64,000 bases of DNA from IMG/VR virus record IMGVR_UViG_3300045973_000169, positions 142,639 through 206,638 of that record. One strand, given 5' to 3'. Both the position numbers and the translations under genes were made by a program. Positions 1 to 9,513 of this stretch are shown here, in pieces. Positions within the stretch are counted from its first letter, which is position 1; each line of letters begins with the position of its first letter. The notes below the pieces were generated by a model. The model was not told where the DNA came from. It saw only the letters and a list, made by a program, of their open reading frames with translations, and did not search any database.

Positions 1-469
1 ACTTAAATTGTTTTTGCTTTTTAAAGTATCCAGGGAATTGAAAAGATGTAGTAAATATATCTATCGAATTAATATCAAAATCACTGTCAAGAACACATAA
101 ATATTTATCTAGACTCTTTTCTGTAGTTTTAAATATTCTATTAACTGACCAACTAGTAATATCTTTATGAACTGTTAAATCTCCGCCATTGAATACTGGT
201 ATCTTTTTCCCTGATTTATCTAATATAGAATTAAGAGAAAGTTTCCCTGTACTAGTTATCCCAGATACAATAAAATGATCAGGTACACAATTCATATTAT
301 TGAAATTAGATGTATTAATTGATCCTTTATTTTGATTTAATGATACAGCTTTTATATCATACTTCATTGGGGTCAAAGATGAGCTATCAGAATAAAGTAA
401 ATCTGATAATTTATCTAACCCTTTTTGTCCTAAGAAATTAATTATATTAAACTCTAGATCAAATTTCAT
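1..469 (-). CDS. Hypothetical protein, 3'-truncated by the window edge (MKFDLEFNIINFLGQKGLDKL...)
   Basis: Not in the ORF track. I translated it by hand: the ATG at 467-469 overlaps the TAA of the upstream gene (TAATG) and the frame stays open to base 1. Confidence 0.8.
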   Translation of the reverse strand, partial: MKFDLEFNIINFLGQKGLDKLSDLLYSDSSSLTPMKYDIKAVSLNQNKGSINTSNFNNMNCVPDHFIVSGITSTGKLSLNSILDKSGKKIPVFNGGDLTVHKDITSWSVNRIFKTTEKSLDKYLCVLDSDFDINSIDIFTTSFQFPGYFKKQKQFK

Positions 470-1152
470 TATTTTATATACCTAAAATATTTATTATTAT
501 CTATCTTAAATACCTGAATTATTGGAGCAAGAAGATTTGACTTATTGCATTTTGTATTTTTACTAAATTGTATTCCTGAGTATGTTTCTATTTGTGGAGC
601 TGCACCAGATAAAAAACTTGAACTATCTATATTATAATAAAAAGTATATTGTGTAACGCCTAATAGAATAACTGATAAGTATGCACTATAAGGTATCATT
701 AAACCAAGAATCCCATATCCAGAATTAACATAACTAAATTGAGATGTATCTTTACTAACAGATACTTGCAAGTTTATATCAGGATCTTTTGATTGGACAG
801 TAGCCATTATACTATAGGCTTGTTGTCTTCTAGGATTTGGTGATATGATCACATATTCATCTTCATAATTCTCTGCAAGGAAATCAACATCAAATGATGT
901 GGTCGCTGTAGACCCATGAGTGTCTGTAAAGGTTACCTCAACTAATGTCTGCCCGTCATAGAGATCGGAGAAGATTATAAGGACTTCCCATATACCATCT
1001 GTTGCGAAATTGTTGAATGTAGAATAACCGCCTACAGAAACAGAAATTGTTCCGCTATCATTAGAGGTCCCAGATAGGATATAATTATTAGTTGTAATTT
1101 GAGAAGGCAATGGATTAACATTGACTACAGCAGGGGGCGCACTATAAGCCAT
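469..1152 (-). CDS. Hypothetical virion-associated protein with N-terminal bacterial Ig-like domain
   Basis: The N-terminus 'PPAVVNVNP..ITTNNYILSGT...ISVSVGG...DGIWEV...LYDGQTLVEVTFTDTHG' fits a Big-type Ig-like pattern. It is coupled to both neighbours by TAATG overlaps. Confidence 0.6.
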   Translation of the reverse strand: MAYSAPPAVVNVNPLPSQITTNNYILSGTSNDSGTISVSVGGYSTFNNFATDGIWEVLIIFSDLYDGQTLVEVTFTDTHGSTATTSFDVDFLAENYEDEYVIISPNPRRQQAYSIMATVQSKDPDINLQVSVSKDTSQFSYVNSGYGILGLMIPYSAYLSVILLGVTQYTFYYNIDSSSFLSGAAPQIETYSGIQFSKNTKCNKSNLLAPIIQVFKIDNNKYFRYIK

Positions 1153-2015
1153 TATATTTCCTTATCACATTTATCTTTAAATCCACAGTAAGCACATTCA
1201 AAATCGCCAAAAGGTTTTGTCTTATATGTTTCGTATCTCTTCTTAGAAACTATTCCTAACTCTACATATTTCTTTATTTGATCTTCTGGATAGGTCCCCA
1301 TGAATTCTCTGGGAGGGATCTTACCATCCTTAAGGCAGTTACCAAGAAGTTTGAAACGATCGAGCATATCATTTATAGTATAACGATAGTCAACAACTCC
1401 ATTTATTACAGGGTAGATTTTATCTTTGATTGGTTCAATGGAGATATTAAATACTTTTCTCTGTCCAGTATCTCGTCTCTGATAGTAGATTAAAAATGAA
1501 TCTATTGTCCCTCTAAATGCATAACAGTAAATAAGTGTTTGGAAAAGATTCTGCCATCTTGGAGCTGGTTTGTTCCATTGACTTCCCCAAATATCATTTA
1601 CAGTATATTGGTTATTTCCACCAACAGATTTTATTTCAAGCCCAACAAGCTTCTTATCTTTAACAATAATCCCATCTAGCTTGCCATATATGTTATATTT
1701 AACTACTTCAAATTTAAGAGCTTTGTCAACTAAGACTTTCTTTTTCTCGAGTATATCAAGAATCATCTTCTCTGTATACTCTCCTTCTAGTTGTTGTAAA
1801 GATCTATTAAGTTGTTCTTCACTATCTAGATTCGATTCTTCTTTAATCCCATTACATGCATAGTATGAGGCTCTCATGCATTTACCATGGAGTTTCTTAT
1901 ACTTACCATAATCAATATAGACTGATGCTTGAGTAGGGTATAATCGATCTTTATGTTCGAATGGTTCTCTTGTTAACAAACTTTCTTTTAAGACTTCTTC
2001 TATGAAATTAAGCAT
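1152..2015 (-). CDS. Cas4-like PD-(D/E)XK exonuclease with probable Fe-S cluster (solo, phage-encoded)
   Basis: It has GKLDG...LEIKS (PD-(D/E)XK core) and QTLIY (QxxxY motif). One N-terminal Cys (KCMR) plus C-terminal CAYCGFKDKC is the 1+3 Cys layout of the Cas4/AddB family. Confidence 0.85.
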   Translation of the reverse strand: MLNFIEEVLKESLLTREPFEHKDRLYPTQASVYIDYGKYKKLHGKCMRASYYACNGIKEESNLDSEEQLNRSLQQLEGEYTEKMILDILEKKKVLVDKALKFEVVKYNIYGKLDGIIVKDKKLVGLEIKSVGGNNQYTVNDIWGSQWNKPAPRWQNLFQTLIYCYAFRGTIDSFLIYYQRRDTGQRKVFNISIEPIKDKIYPVINGVVDYRYTINDMLDRFKLLGNCLKDGKIPPREFMGTYPEDQIKKYVELGIVSKKRYETYKTKPFGDFECAYCGFKDKCDKEI

Positions 2016-2286
2016 TAATTATATCTTCTATTGTTTTTAGTTCTTTAAGTAGCGATAGTGTAAATATTTTAAATTCAAATTTATACATTGATATTATATA
2101 AGCATCTTCTACTAAGCCTCTTAGTGTTTCTAATGGAGCGTACAGAGGACTATTTTGCGTAAGTTTAGATTCTGCAATCTTAATCCTATCAATAATAATA
2201 CTTAGTGTTCTTGTCTTAACGCTATTCTCTGTTAGTTGATCTTCTGAAAGGAATGTTTGATTTATAAATTTAGCATGCTTAATCAT
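2008..2286 (-). CDS. Hypothetical protein (92 aa)
   Basis: Open frame that abuts the upstream stop and overlaps the start of the Cas4-like gene by 8 nt; no recognisable motif. Confidence 0.65.
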   Translation of the reverse strand: MIKHAKFINQTFLSEDQLTENSVKTRTLSIIIDRIKIAESKLTQNSPLYAPLETLRGLVEDAYIISMYKFEFKIFTLSLLKELKTIEDIINA

Positions 2287-4338
2287 TTATTTCACCGAAA
2301 TATAAACACTATTTATCGTTGGAGTTTTATATTTATTATCAGTAGACATTTTTATTTTAACCGAAGAGAATAAGCTATCTGAATTTAGATTATATAATAT
2401 CTGAGAGCTATATTGATTCTGGATTTTAGGTAAGATAATATACCTTTTTAGAGAAGGTGAGGAGTCTGAATTTGCTCCATCAAAACTGAATAAAGTATCA
2501 TCAGTTTGTAAGCTATTTATATCTGCAAATGTTAATAACCTATTAAACATAATGCCTACAGGTCTCCTATTTGACTGAGCAGCTATATAAGAAGCAGTGA
2601 TGTACTTTACAGTTCCAATAGGATTAATCCTTAGTCGTCCAGTGAATGGCTCTATTGTATACGTCCCTTGGAGATTTGGAGTTGAACTTAATGTTAAGGA
2701 ATATTCATTCCCATAGTTATCTAAGATAATCTCTGTTAATGGAATGAATGACTCTCCAAATTCAATTGTATTAGTTGAGCTTATATCGAATGATTTCGTT
2801 TTTCTTTCATCTATAGTCAATTTATTCTGAGCATTATATGCAGGTAACCCAGAAAATAAATAGGCAAAGTTATATTGGTTCCTTGTAGTATCTCCATCAA
2901 ATAGATCTATATTAAAATCCATATTCATCTGATGAACTTGTATCACAGAAAAGCCAATTGGGATTTTGATATTACCAGTATACTCTTTATTATTAATTAA
3001 ACATTTTAAACTACCTATATTAACATAAACATTATCATAATAATTTAACAAGAATGTTGTATAATAATTTCCAGAAAGAGTCCAGTTATTATATCTACTT
3101 CCACTAGCCGAGAAACTTAAATAGTCTTTATTCAATCCATATATAATGGATGACTTCTTATAATTCATGTCCCACTTCTGATCTGTTGATCCTATCTCTA
3201 ACGAATAAAAATCTTTGCCAGAGATTGTCTTAGTTACAAGATCAGTCTCTTTGAATCCAAATGCATACTTAAGTCTATAAGATGTTACATCTAAGTCATC
3301 ATCTTTATAAACATTATTATAACTGGTTACATCTTTATTCGAAGATATAGATAGCATTGAATTTATATTATTGAAATTATATCCTAATGCATTATATGAA
3401 AGCGATAGGCGAGATATCTCTTTAGTAAGTCCTATCTCTGTATTCTTTGATTCGAATAATCCAAATCTTGAGAATTGGATATCTTTAAATATATGGATAT
3501 CTTCAATTTGAATAGATGAAGGTTTATCTGTATTCGTATTCACTGTAGATAGTTCGATTATAATAGTATCACAATCTATTTGGTCAAATGTAAATAGTAT
3601 CTCATTAGAGTCTAGTAACGATGAGTATTGAGTTACTCCTAGTTTACTATAAGTTACTATTATCTTATTTATATTAGCAGAAGCCTTAAAATAAATCGCA
3701 TTAGTCTTAATCGCATTAACTAAAGATAATGTCATTCTATAACTTATAGATGGATTTTTACTCTTTATTTTTATTGATGGATTAGTTATAAGAGGTAATT
3801 TAGTTATAAGTCCAATATTTGAAAACTGGATTTCATCCGATGAATATTCTGTTATTGTTAAATTGTCATTATATAAGGAAGCAGAACTAATGAAAAATGG
3901 TAGGGTTATATACTTCCCTATCTTACCACAAAAGCTTTCTTTTGTTTGGTTAGAAAATCCATTATCAATATTTATACATGTATAGCCTAATAAGTTACTG
4001 ATAATATCCTTCGCGTATGGAAGCCTAGTCTTGATTCTTTCATATACAATGTTATAAACATCAACTAAGTTTTTGTTAATTAAGTATGCATTATTCGCAG
4101 AATTATATATAGATGATATGCATGAGATTATTCTTGATGCATTCTCTGTAGAGTCAGATGATTTTAAATCAGATTTATATGCAGTGGATGGAATATTCTC
4201 AGGAGAAAATATCTTGTTAATCCAGATCTCATCAGAAGCATAGATAGATGATAGTGAATTCAAGACTCTCTTATTTACAATCCCATTAAGTAAATCTGTT
4301 TTAACTAATTCATTTAGAATATCATTTTTTAGGCTCAT
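2287..4338 (-). CDS. Large hypothetical protein, probably baseplate/virion structural (683 aa)
   Basis: Long Asn/Ser/Ile-rich ORF with an ATGA overlap upstream, lying downstream of baseplate genes. Function is inferred from context only. Confidence 0.6.
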   Translation of the reverse strand: MSLKNDILNELVKTDLLNGIVNKRVLNSLSSIYASDEIWINKIFSPENIPSTAYKSDLKSSDSTENASRIISCISSIYNSANNAYLINKNLVDVYNIVYERIKTRLPYAKDIISNLLGYTCINIDNGFSNQTKESFCGKIGKYITLPFFISSASLYNDNLTITEYSSDEIQFSNIGLITKLPLITNPSIKIKSKNPSISYRMTLSLVNAIKTNAIYFKASANINKIIVTYSKLGVTQYSSLLDSNEILFTFDQIDCDTIIIELSTVNTNTDKPSSIQIEDIHIFKDIQFSRFGLFESKNTEIGLTKEISRLSLSYNALGYNFNNINSMLSISSNKDVTSYNNVYKDDDLDVTSYRLKYAFGFKETDLVTKTISGKDFYSLEIGSTDQKWDMNYKKSSIIYGLNKDYLSFSASGSRYNNWTLSGNYYTTFLLNYYDNVYVNIGSLKCLINNKEYTGNIKIPIGFSVIQVHQMNMDFNIDLFDGDTTRNQYNFAYLFSGLPAYNAQNKLTIDERKTKSFDISSTNTIEFGESFIPLTEIILDNYGNEYSLTLSSTPNLQGTYTIEPFTGRLRINPIGTVKYITASYIAAQSNRRPVGIMFNRLLTFADINSLQTDDTLFSFDGANSDSSPSLKRYIILPKIQNQYSSQILYNLNSDSLFSSVKIKMSTDNKYKTPTINSVYISVK

Positions 4339-6182
4339 TGTAATTTAACCTTATAACTATTACAAATTGGAGTATAGTATTTCATTTTTAGTTTATCATT
4401 TGTATTTGCATATTTGTATCTAAAACAAATCTGGCTCTCTGGTACGTCTATCAAAGACTGAGCATTAATTTCTGTAGTCGTAATATTAGGAGGAAGAGCA
4501 TTGCTTATATCCACTAATGGATAATAAGATATACTATAAACTATATCTGGCGCATATGCTTTATTATTAATATGTATCTTAGTCTCTTGCAATGTATCAA
4601 CTATTTCGAAGTCAGTACTGTTTAATGTAACTGTATTACCATTTTTACTTGCAGTAATTATAAAGCCATCTTTCGATAAGATAAATGATCTTTGTGGCAA
4701 CTGGATTTCTTGACTGCCTGAAGCTGATAAAGAATTATATGTTGCAGATAATGTCCCTTGGCTTGGAGTCAATGCTGTATTTTTAATTGCAAGGATACTA
4801 TGTTCAGGAGAAGAAGCTGGAAGTATATCATAAGTATCTCTGCTATTTCTAACTTTAGCATTATTTAAAGTTAAAGCCAGACTATCTACTAGAGTATCCG
4901 AGTAAGGAATATAGAATAATTGAATTGTCCCATAAATCCCGTCTACAGGAGTTTCAAGAATTGAAGTATCGATGATATCAATATTCTTTGTATTGATTAT
5001 ATAATGGACCATAGGCCCATAGGATATATGTTTTCCGTAATACATTTCAATTGATAATGGTACCTGGGATAAATAGTACTTCCCTAGGTTATTTATAGAA
5101 GTAAACTCTTCAGTAGGAATAGTCCCTATTGTTAGATTAGTTTTATCAATTGACACAAATACTTTTATTGATGTTATATCAGAATCTGCTCTAACCCCCA
5201 TTTTATCATTATATAATATAAGTGTTTCTGCATCATGGACTCTAACTAACTTAGTCCCATTATTAGCAGATATATAATAGTTTACATTCCCAGTATCTTC
5301 ACTATTGAATGCAACAGATGAAATTGTTTTATTGTTTGTAAATGGGATTGATATATATTGTCCTGCATTATCATATATTGTTTTCTTGACAGAAATTTGC
5401 CTGATACCAATTAAGTATTTATATCTTATCCCAAACCCAGTATTAGTTCCAGTGTAAGTAGATTGTGAGAACCTTAATCTAACAAATCTTGTAAACTCTG
5501 GACTGAATCTAATATAGTGGTCGGACTTATTAATTTCATATGTGTAATTTACTTTAGTGTAAGTTTCTCCATCACTTGAAACTTCAACCATCTCTATGTT
5601 AGGATATTGTGTATTGTTATCTGTATAGAGTTGTAAATAAAGCCCATTTACTATATCTAAAGACTCTGTTTTAAGAGTAACGGTTAAAAATAGATCAGAC
5701 AGATTTAGCACATTAGATATCTTCTCGTACTGGAACAATGAAGATGAATCTCCAGATAAAATCGATGATATATTATTATTCTCTACCGGAGATATACTAC
5801 CATTAGAATCTGATTCAATTATAATCCCAGTGACTGTAACAGTGGAAGTATTCACTATTGGAAGAGTCAAATCCCCATTTTGAATATCTATATTAAGATT
5901 CTTGTCTAAAGGGAACTTAGAATCAAAGTAATCTTGTGATAAAAATGATTCAATTATTATATTACTTTTATTGTTACTAGTTATTGCTTTAGCAGAATTA
6001 AATATTGATAAGAAATCATTCAATACCATATCTTCCGATATAGAAGATTCTCCATATAACATATTTATTTTATCAAATATATTAGATACTTGACTATGTA
6101 CCATTGATATATTAGCACCAATGCTAATCCCTTGAGATGCTAAATCAATAAAGTTTACTAATTTATTTTTATAAATATTCAT
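4335..6182 (-). CDS. Large hypothetical structural protein with discoidin/F5-8 type C-like segment (615 aa)
   Basis: 'VEVSSDGETYTKV...FSPEFTRFVRLRFSQ' matches the S-x-DG...aRyvrl pattern of discoidin-like jelly-roll domains. Confidence 0.55.
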   Translation of the reverse strand: MNIYKNKLVNFIDLASQGISIGANISMVHSQVSNIFDKINMLYGESSISEDMVLNDFLSIFNSAKAITSNNKSNIIIESFLSQDYFDSKFPLDKNLNIDIQNGDLTLPIVNTSTVTVTGIIIESDSNGSISPVENNNISSILSGDSSSLFQYEKISNVLNLSDLFLTVTLKTESLDIVNGLYLQLYTDNNTQYPNIEMVEVSSDGETYTKVNYTYEINKSDHYIRFSPEFTRFVRLRFSQSTYTGTNTGFGIRYKYLIGIRQISVKKTIYDNAGQYISIPFTNNKTISSVAFNSEDTGNVNYYISANNGTKLVRVHDAETLILYNDKMGVRADSDITSIKVFVSIDKTNLTIGTIPTEEFTSINNLGKYYLSQVPLSIEMYYGKHISYGPMVHYIINTKNIDIIDTSILETPVDGIYGTIQLFYIPYSDTLVDSLALTLNNAKVRNSRDTYDILPASSPEHSILAIKNTALTPSQGTLSATYNSLSASGSQEIQLPQRSFILSKDGFIITASKNGNTVTLNSTDFEIVDTLQETKIHINNKAYAPDIVYSISYYPLVDISNALPPNITTTEINAQSLIDVPESQICFRYKYANTNDKLKMKYYTPICNSYKVKLQ

Positions 6183-6191
6183 TATTTAACC

Positions 6192-8150
6192 TTAATTAAA
6201 TATAAGTGTATGTTCGTATACCATCGGAGAAATATATGGAAGGTCAACTGATTTCATTGTAATAGACAAATAACAATCTCCAGAGAAATGAACAGCTTTA
6301 CCATTAAGTATATTCCTTAATGCTATACAGTCTTTCCCTTTTATATCTTTATAATAGATATAGCAAATGTTATTATTTTTATTCCATTTCGTATTTGTTA
6401 TTAAGTCATTATCAATTATATCAGCGAAAGAATATTCTTTTATTGTATATTCTATTACATAGTTAATATTGTTTCTGTAATTTTCAAATGAAATATATTC
6501 ATCACTTGTTCCAGATGCAGAAATACTTGTAATATTAATTATTGTTTTATCATAAAGATTATATATTTTTACTGGTTTAGTTAAGTCGATAGGGAATCTA
6601 GTCTTTACTTTAGCAATATTCCCAGTAGAGATTGAGACCGGAGTTATATACTCTAGTGAATTTCTATTCTGTATACCACTATTTAATATTGGGATTTCCA
6701 CTCTGTCTGAATTACTTTGGACATAAATGCTATTTTCAATAAACATACTTTGAGTTATGAAATCATTATGAGGATATTGCTGTTCGCCTTTTAGTGAATA
6801 ATTTAACTGAAGACTAACATTATTTATATTGTCTAATTTTATAGTATCGAAAGCTATTGATCCAGATGATGCATATTCATTTAATACAGAAGTTAAATTA
6901 TAGATTCTGTAGTCAAAGTTATATGACATTAACCCATTTTGATTAGCGACGTATGGTTCATCTTGTACTGCTGAGATTTTAAGTGTATCTATTTTAGAAT
7001 GAATAGGCACAATGAAACTCATATCATCAGTAAACCATTGAGAGCATAAATCGTAGTTATTGTACTTAATATCCTTGAAGCTAATGTTTTCTATTGCTAA
7101 TGGAAATTTACTAACATCATCAAACTTAATATAAGAAACTTGTTCTAATAATGAGAAGTCTGTATTAGAAGTTATTGTTGGGTTATCTATTTGGATTGTT
7201 TTTATATTTATCTTCCATGTATCATATTGCTTTAAACCATTATTATCATGAAGAATTATTGAAAGCCCAGTATTGCTATTATCTTCTATTTTAATTGGAG
7301 TTAGTTCAGAAGGAGTTATCTTATAAACATCAGACCATGCCAAACTATCTGTACTACCCTTTATATTTATATCTTTAATTGTTCTGTCTGCATTATAATC
7401 TATACTATCAATAGAGACATAGATATGCTCTCCTACATAGCCGAAGATAGTTCCTTGTACATCTGGCATTAGTGAATAAGAAACACCAGCCTTAGCGGTT
7501 AATATGGGACCACAGACACCTATCTTAGAGAATTGAGTACGAGCTATTATATAATCAAGATTAGACTGAGTGCTATTGTTTAAAGTCAGGTGAATTGATC
7601 TGTCATTATCGGATACAATAGATGACCTAGGGTTTATATTCCTAGTCTTAACTATAGGTAAAGTCAATGCATCTGTTACTCCTAGTATTTCATTCGTGTC
7701 TTTGCTATAAACTACTGATTGAGATATAGGAATATTAATATAATTTGGGTTTAAATAATTAGTATATTGGACTAATATATTTTCTTTTAACCCTGTCTTT
7801 TCCTTTATTAATGCGAATGTTGCTCTGTAGAGAGAGAATATGTATAAGTATTTATTTAAAGCAGATGCTTGTAAGTTATTAAAAATCACATAATTTGATA
7901 GTACTATAATATAGAGTGCATAAAAATCAAGATATGAAAGCAAATAGATTGCACTTATTTGCGATGAAGATATAATATCATATCTAAAAGAATATAAATT
8001 CAGTAAAGAATCAAATGTTGTGGTATTCGATTTTAAATCTGAAAGTATGTCATTTTTAATATATGGGAAGTTGATATTGATATTACTTAGAATTGTACTT
8101 AGTGCTTGTTTCTTAGATTGACTAAGTAATGATTGTATATTGATTGACAT
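6192..8150 (-). CDS. Large hypothetical protein, probably baseplate/virion structural (652 aa)
   Basis: Long ORF with an AGGAG RBS. It contains 'IKGSTDSLAWSDV', weakly similar to the S-x-D motif of the neighbouring gene. Confidence 0.6.
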   Translation of the reverse strand: MSINIQSLLSQSKKQALSTILSNININFPYIKNDILSDLKSNTTTFDSLLNLYSFRYDIISSSQISAIYLLSYLDFYALYIIVLSNYVIFNNLQASALNKYLYIFSLYRATFALIKEKTGLKENILVQYTNYLNPNYINIPISQSVVYSKDTNEILGVTDALTLPIVKTRNINPRSSIVSDNDRSIHLTLNNSTQSNLDYIIARTQFSKIGVCGPILTAKAGVSYSLMPDVQGTIFGYVGEHIYVSIDSIDYNADRTIKDINIKGSTDSLAWSDVYKITPSELTPIKIEDNSNTGLSIILHDNNGLKQYDTWKINIKTIQIDNPTITSNTDFSLLEQVSYIKFDDVSKFPLAIENISFKDIKYNNYDLCSQWFTDDMSFIVPIHSKIDTLKISAVQDEPYVANQNGLMSYNFDYRIYNLTSVLNEYASSGSIAFDTIKLDNINNVSLQLNYSLKGEQQYPHNDFITQSMFIENSIYVQSNSDRVEIPILNSGIQNRNSLEYITPVSISTGNIAKVKTRFPIDLTKPVKIYNLYDKTIINITSISASGTSDEYISFENYRNNINYVIEYTIKEYSFADIIDNDLITNTKWNKNNNICYIYYKDIKGKDCIALRNILNGKAVHFSGDCYLSITMKSVDLPYISPMVYEHTLIFN

Positions 8151-8158
8151 TTATTCTC

Positions 8159-8722
8159 CTAGGTTCCACCATAAGGGCCTGACCCAAAGCCACCAGCTCC
8201 GAAACCGAAGGTTGAGTTATTTTCATTTATATCTGTAATAGACATACTACTATTAAAATCACTTCTATAGTAAATAGCATTTATAACTAATCTTGTATTA
8301 TCAAATATATGCTTTAGTAGTGTAGGATCTTCTATATTTGTAAAGTCTAAGTTTAGGTCTACATGATCATCTAATGTTCTTTCATTCAAACCACTAGCCC
8401 AAGTATTTCCGAATGGGCTATTATCAGATCCTACTATTAACCCTATAATCTTATCACTTATATTATGTATCTTTATTTTAGATCTCGATATTGGTCTCTC
8501 AAACTTTATTGGGTTTAAAGATGATTCTCCAAAGTTATCTCTTGATATAATAAATTCTTCAGTGTCAAGGGTTAGTGTTGGAGTCGAGTCTAATAGTTTA
8601 TTATATACATCGCTTGATTCACATGATAGATAGACTTCAACCCCTTTTAATGGAGAGGTCGTAAGATTATAAACTTTAGCAATCACATTTTGGTTTTTAA
8701 ATTCAGATAGATTAACTAACAT
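8159..8722 (-). CDS. Hypothetical structural protein with C-terminal Gly/aromatic tail (187 aa)
   Basis: Ends in FGFGAGGFGSGPYGGT; located in the baseplate region. Confidence 0.6.
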   Translation of the reverse strand: MLVNLSEFKNQNVIAKVYNLTTSPLKGVEVYLSCESSDVYNKLLDSTPTLTLDTEEFIISRDNFGESSLNPIKFERPISRSKIKIHNISDKIIGLIVGSDNSPFGNTWASGLNERTLDDHVDLNLDFTNIEDPTLLKHIFDNTRLVINAIYYRSDFNSSMSITDINENNSTFGFGAGGFGSGPYGGT

Positions 8723-8723
8723 C

Positions 8724-9503
8724 TTAGCCCCAAACTTTATCGTTTAAAACATATTCTAATTGCTCTATGAACTCATCTGTGAAACCATATTTACAATAAT
8801 TATTTAATGGGATTAGGTTAATATCAGTAGACTCTAAACAGAATGAATCATCATAGTATTTATAATTAATAAAGCCACCAGTAAAATCATTCTGTAAGAA
8901 TTCAATATAACCTAACTTATAGTCAACAAAAAAATCTCCAGTGATCTTAAGTCCATCAAGAGCTTCTTTTTCATTCTTTAAAGTGATAAGCTCTTTAGCT
9001 TTTACTGAACCAAATAATAGATTCTTATTATCTAATCTAAATTTATTAGAAGCTATATACTCATCTACAGTTTTAATGTTAGTATTTCTTATCAAGAACT
9101 TACATGGTAATTCAATGGCTGACTCATCATAAAGTTTATAAGTGAATGTATTTGAATTCTCTATTGCTGTTAATATCTTAGATAGTTTGCAGTCTTTAGC
9201 CCCAATGAAAACCCTAATAGACTCCTGACTGTTATTAAGAGTAAAATATTCCCAATCAATTTTACATGTATAGTTTGTATCTCTCCCAAAATTACTTAGT
9301 GAAGATATCTTAACTAAATTATTTGTTTCTAATGCAAGTTGCAAAGGGATAGAATGAACCTGAGTATAATAATCAGTCCTATATTTCCATCTCCCAAACT
9401 GTCTTATACGGTTATAGAAAGACTCGTTCGTTTCCGAATCAAGTCTTTCTAATCCCAAGTATAAAGCAATCTCATCTAAATTATTCCAGATATTGAATGC
9501 CAT
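8724..9503 (-). CDS. Putative baseplate wedge protein (gpI/T4 gp7-like N-terminal motif)
   Basis: 'LDEIALYLGLERLDSETNESFYNRI' matches the LD..G...gl.R...E.d..yr.RI motif typical of wedge proteins that partner baseplate J. Confidence 0.6.
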   Translation of the reverse strand: MAFNIWNNLDEIALYLGLERLDSETNESFYNRIRQFGRWKYRTDYYTQVHSIPLQLALETNNLVKISSLSNFGRDTNYTCKIDWEYFTLNNSQESIRVFIGAKDCKLSKILTAIENSNTFTYKLYDESAIELPCKFLIRNTNIKTVDEYIASNKFRLDNKNLLFGSVKAKELITLKNEKEALDGLKITGDFFVDYKLGYIEFLQNDFTGGFINYKYYDDSFCLESTDINLIPLNNYCKYGFTDEFIEQLEYVLNDKVWG

Positions 9504-9513
9504 TTAATATCCC

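Noticed and set aside
1-2300. CRISPR array or cas operon near the Cas4-like gene
   Set aside because: No repeat-spacer pattern was seen, and no intergenic gap in the window exceeds about 110 nt.
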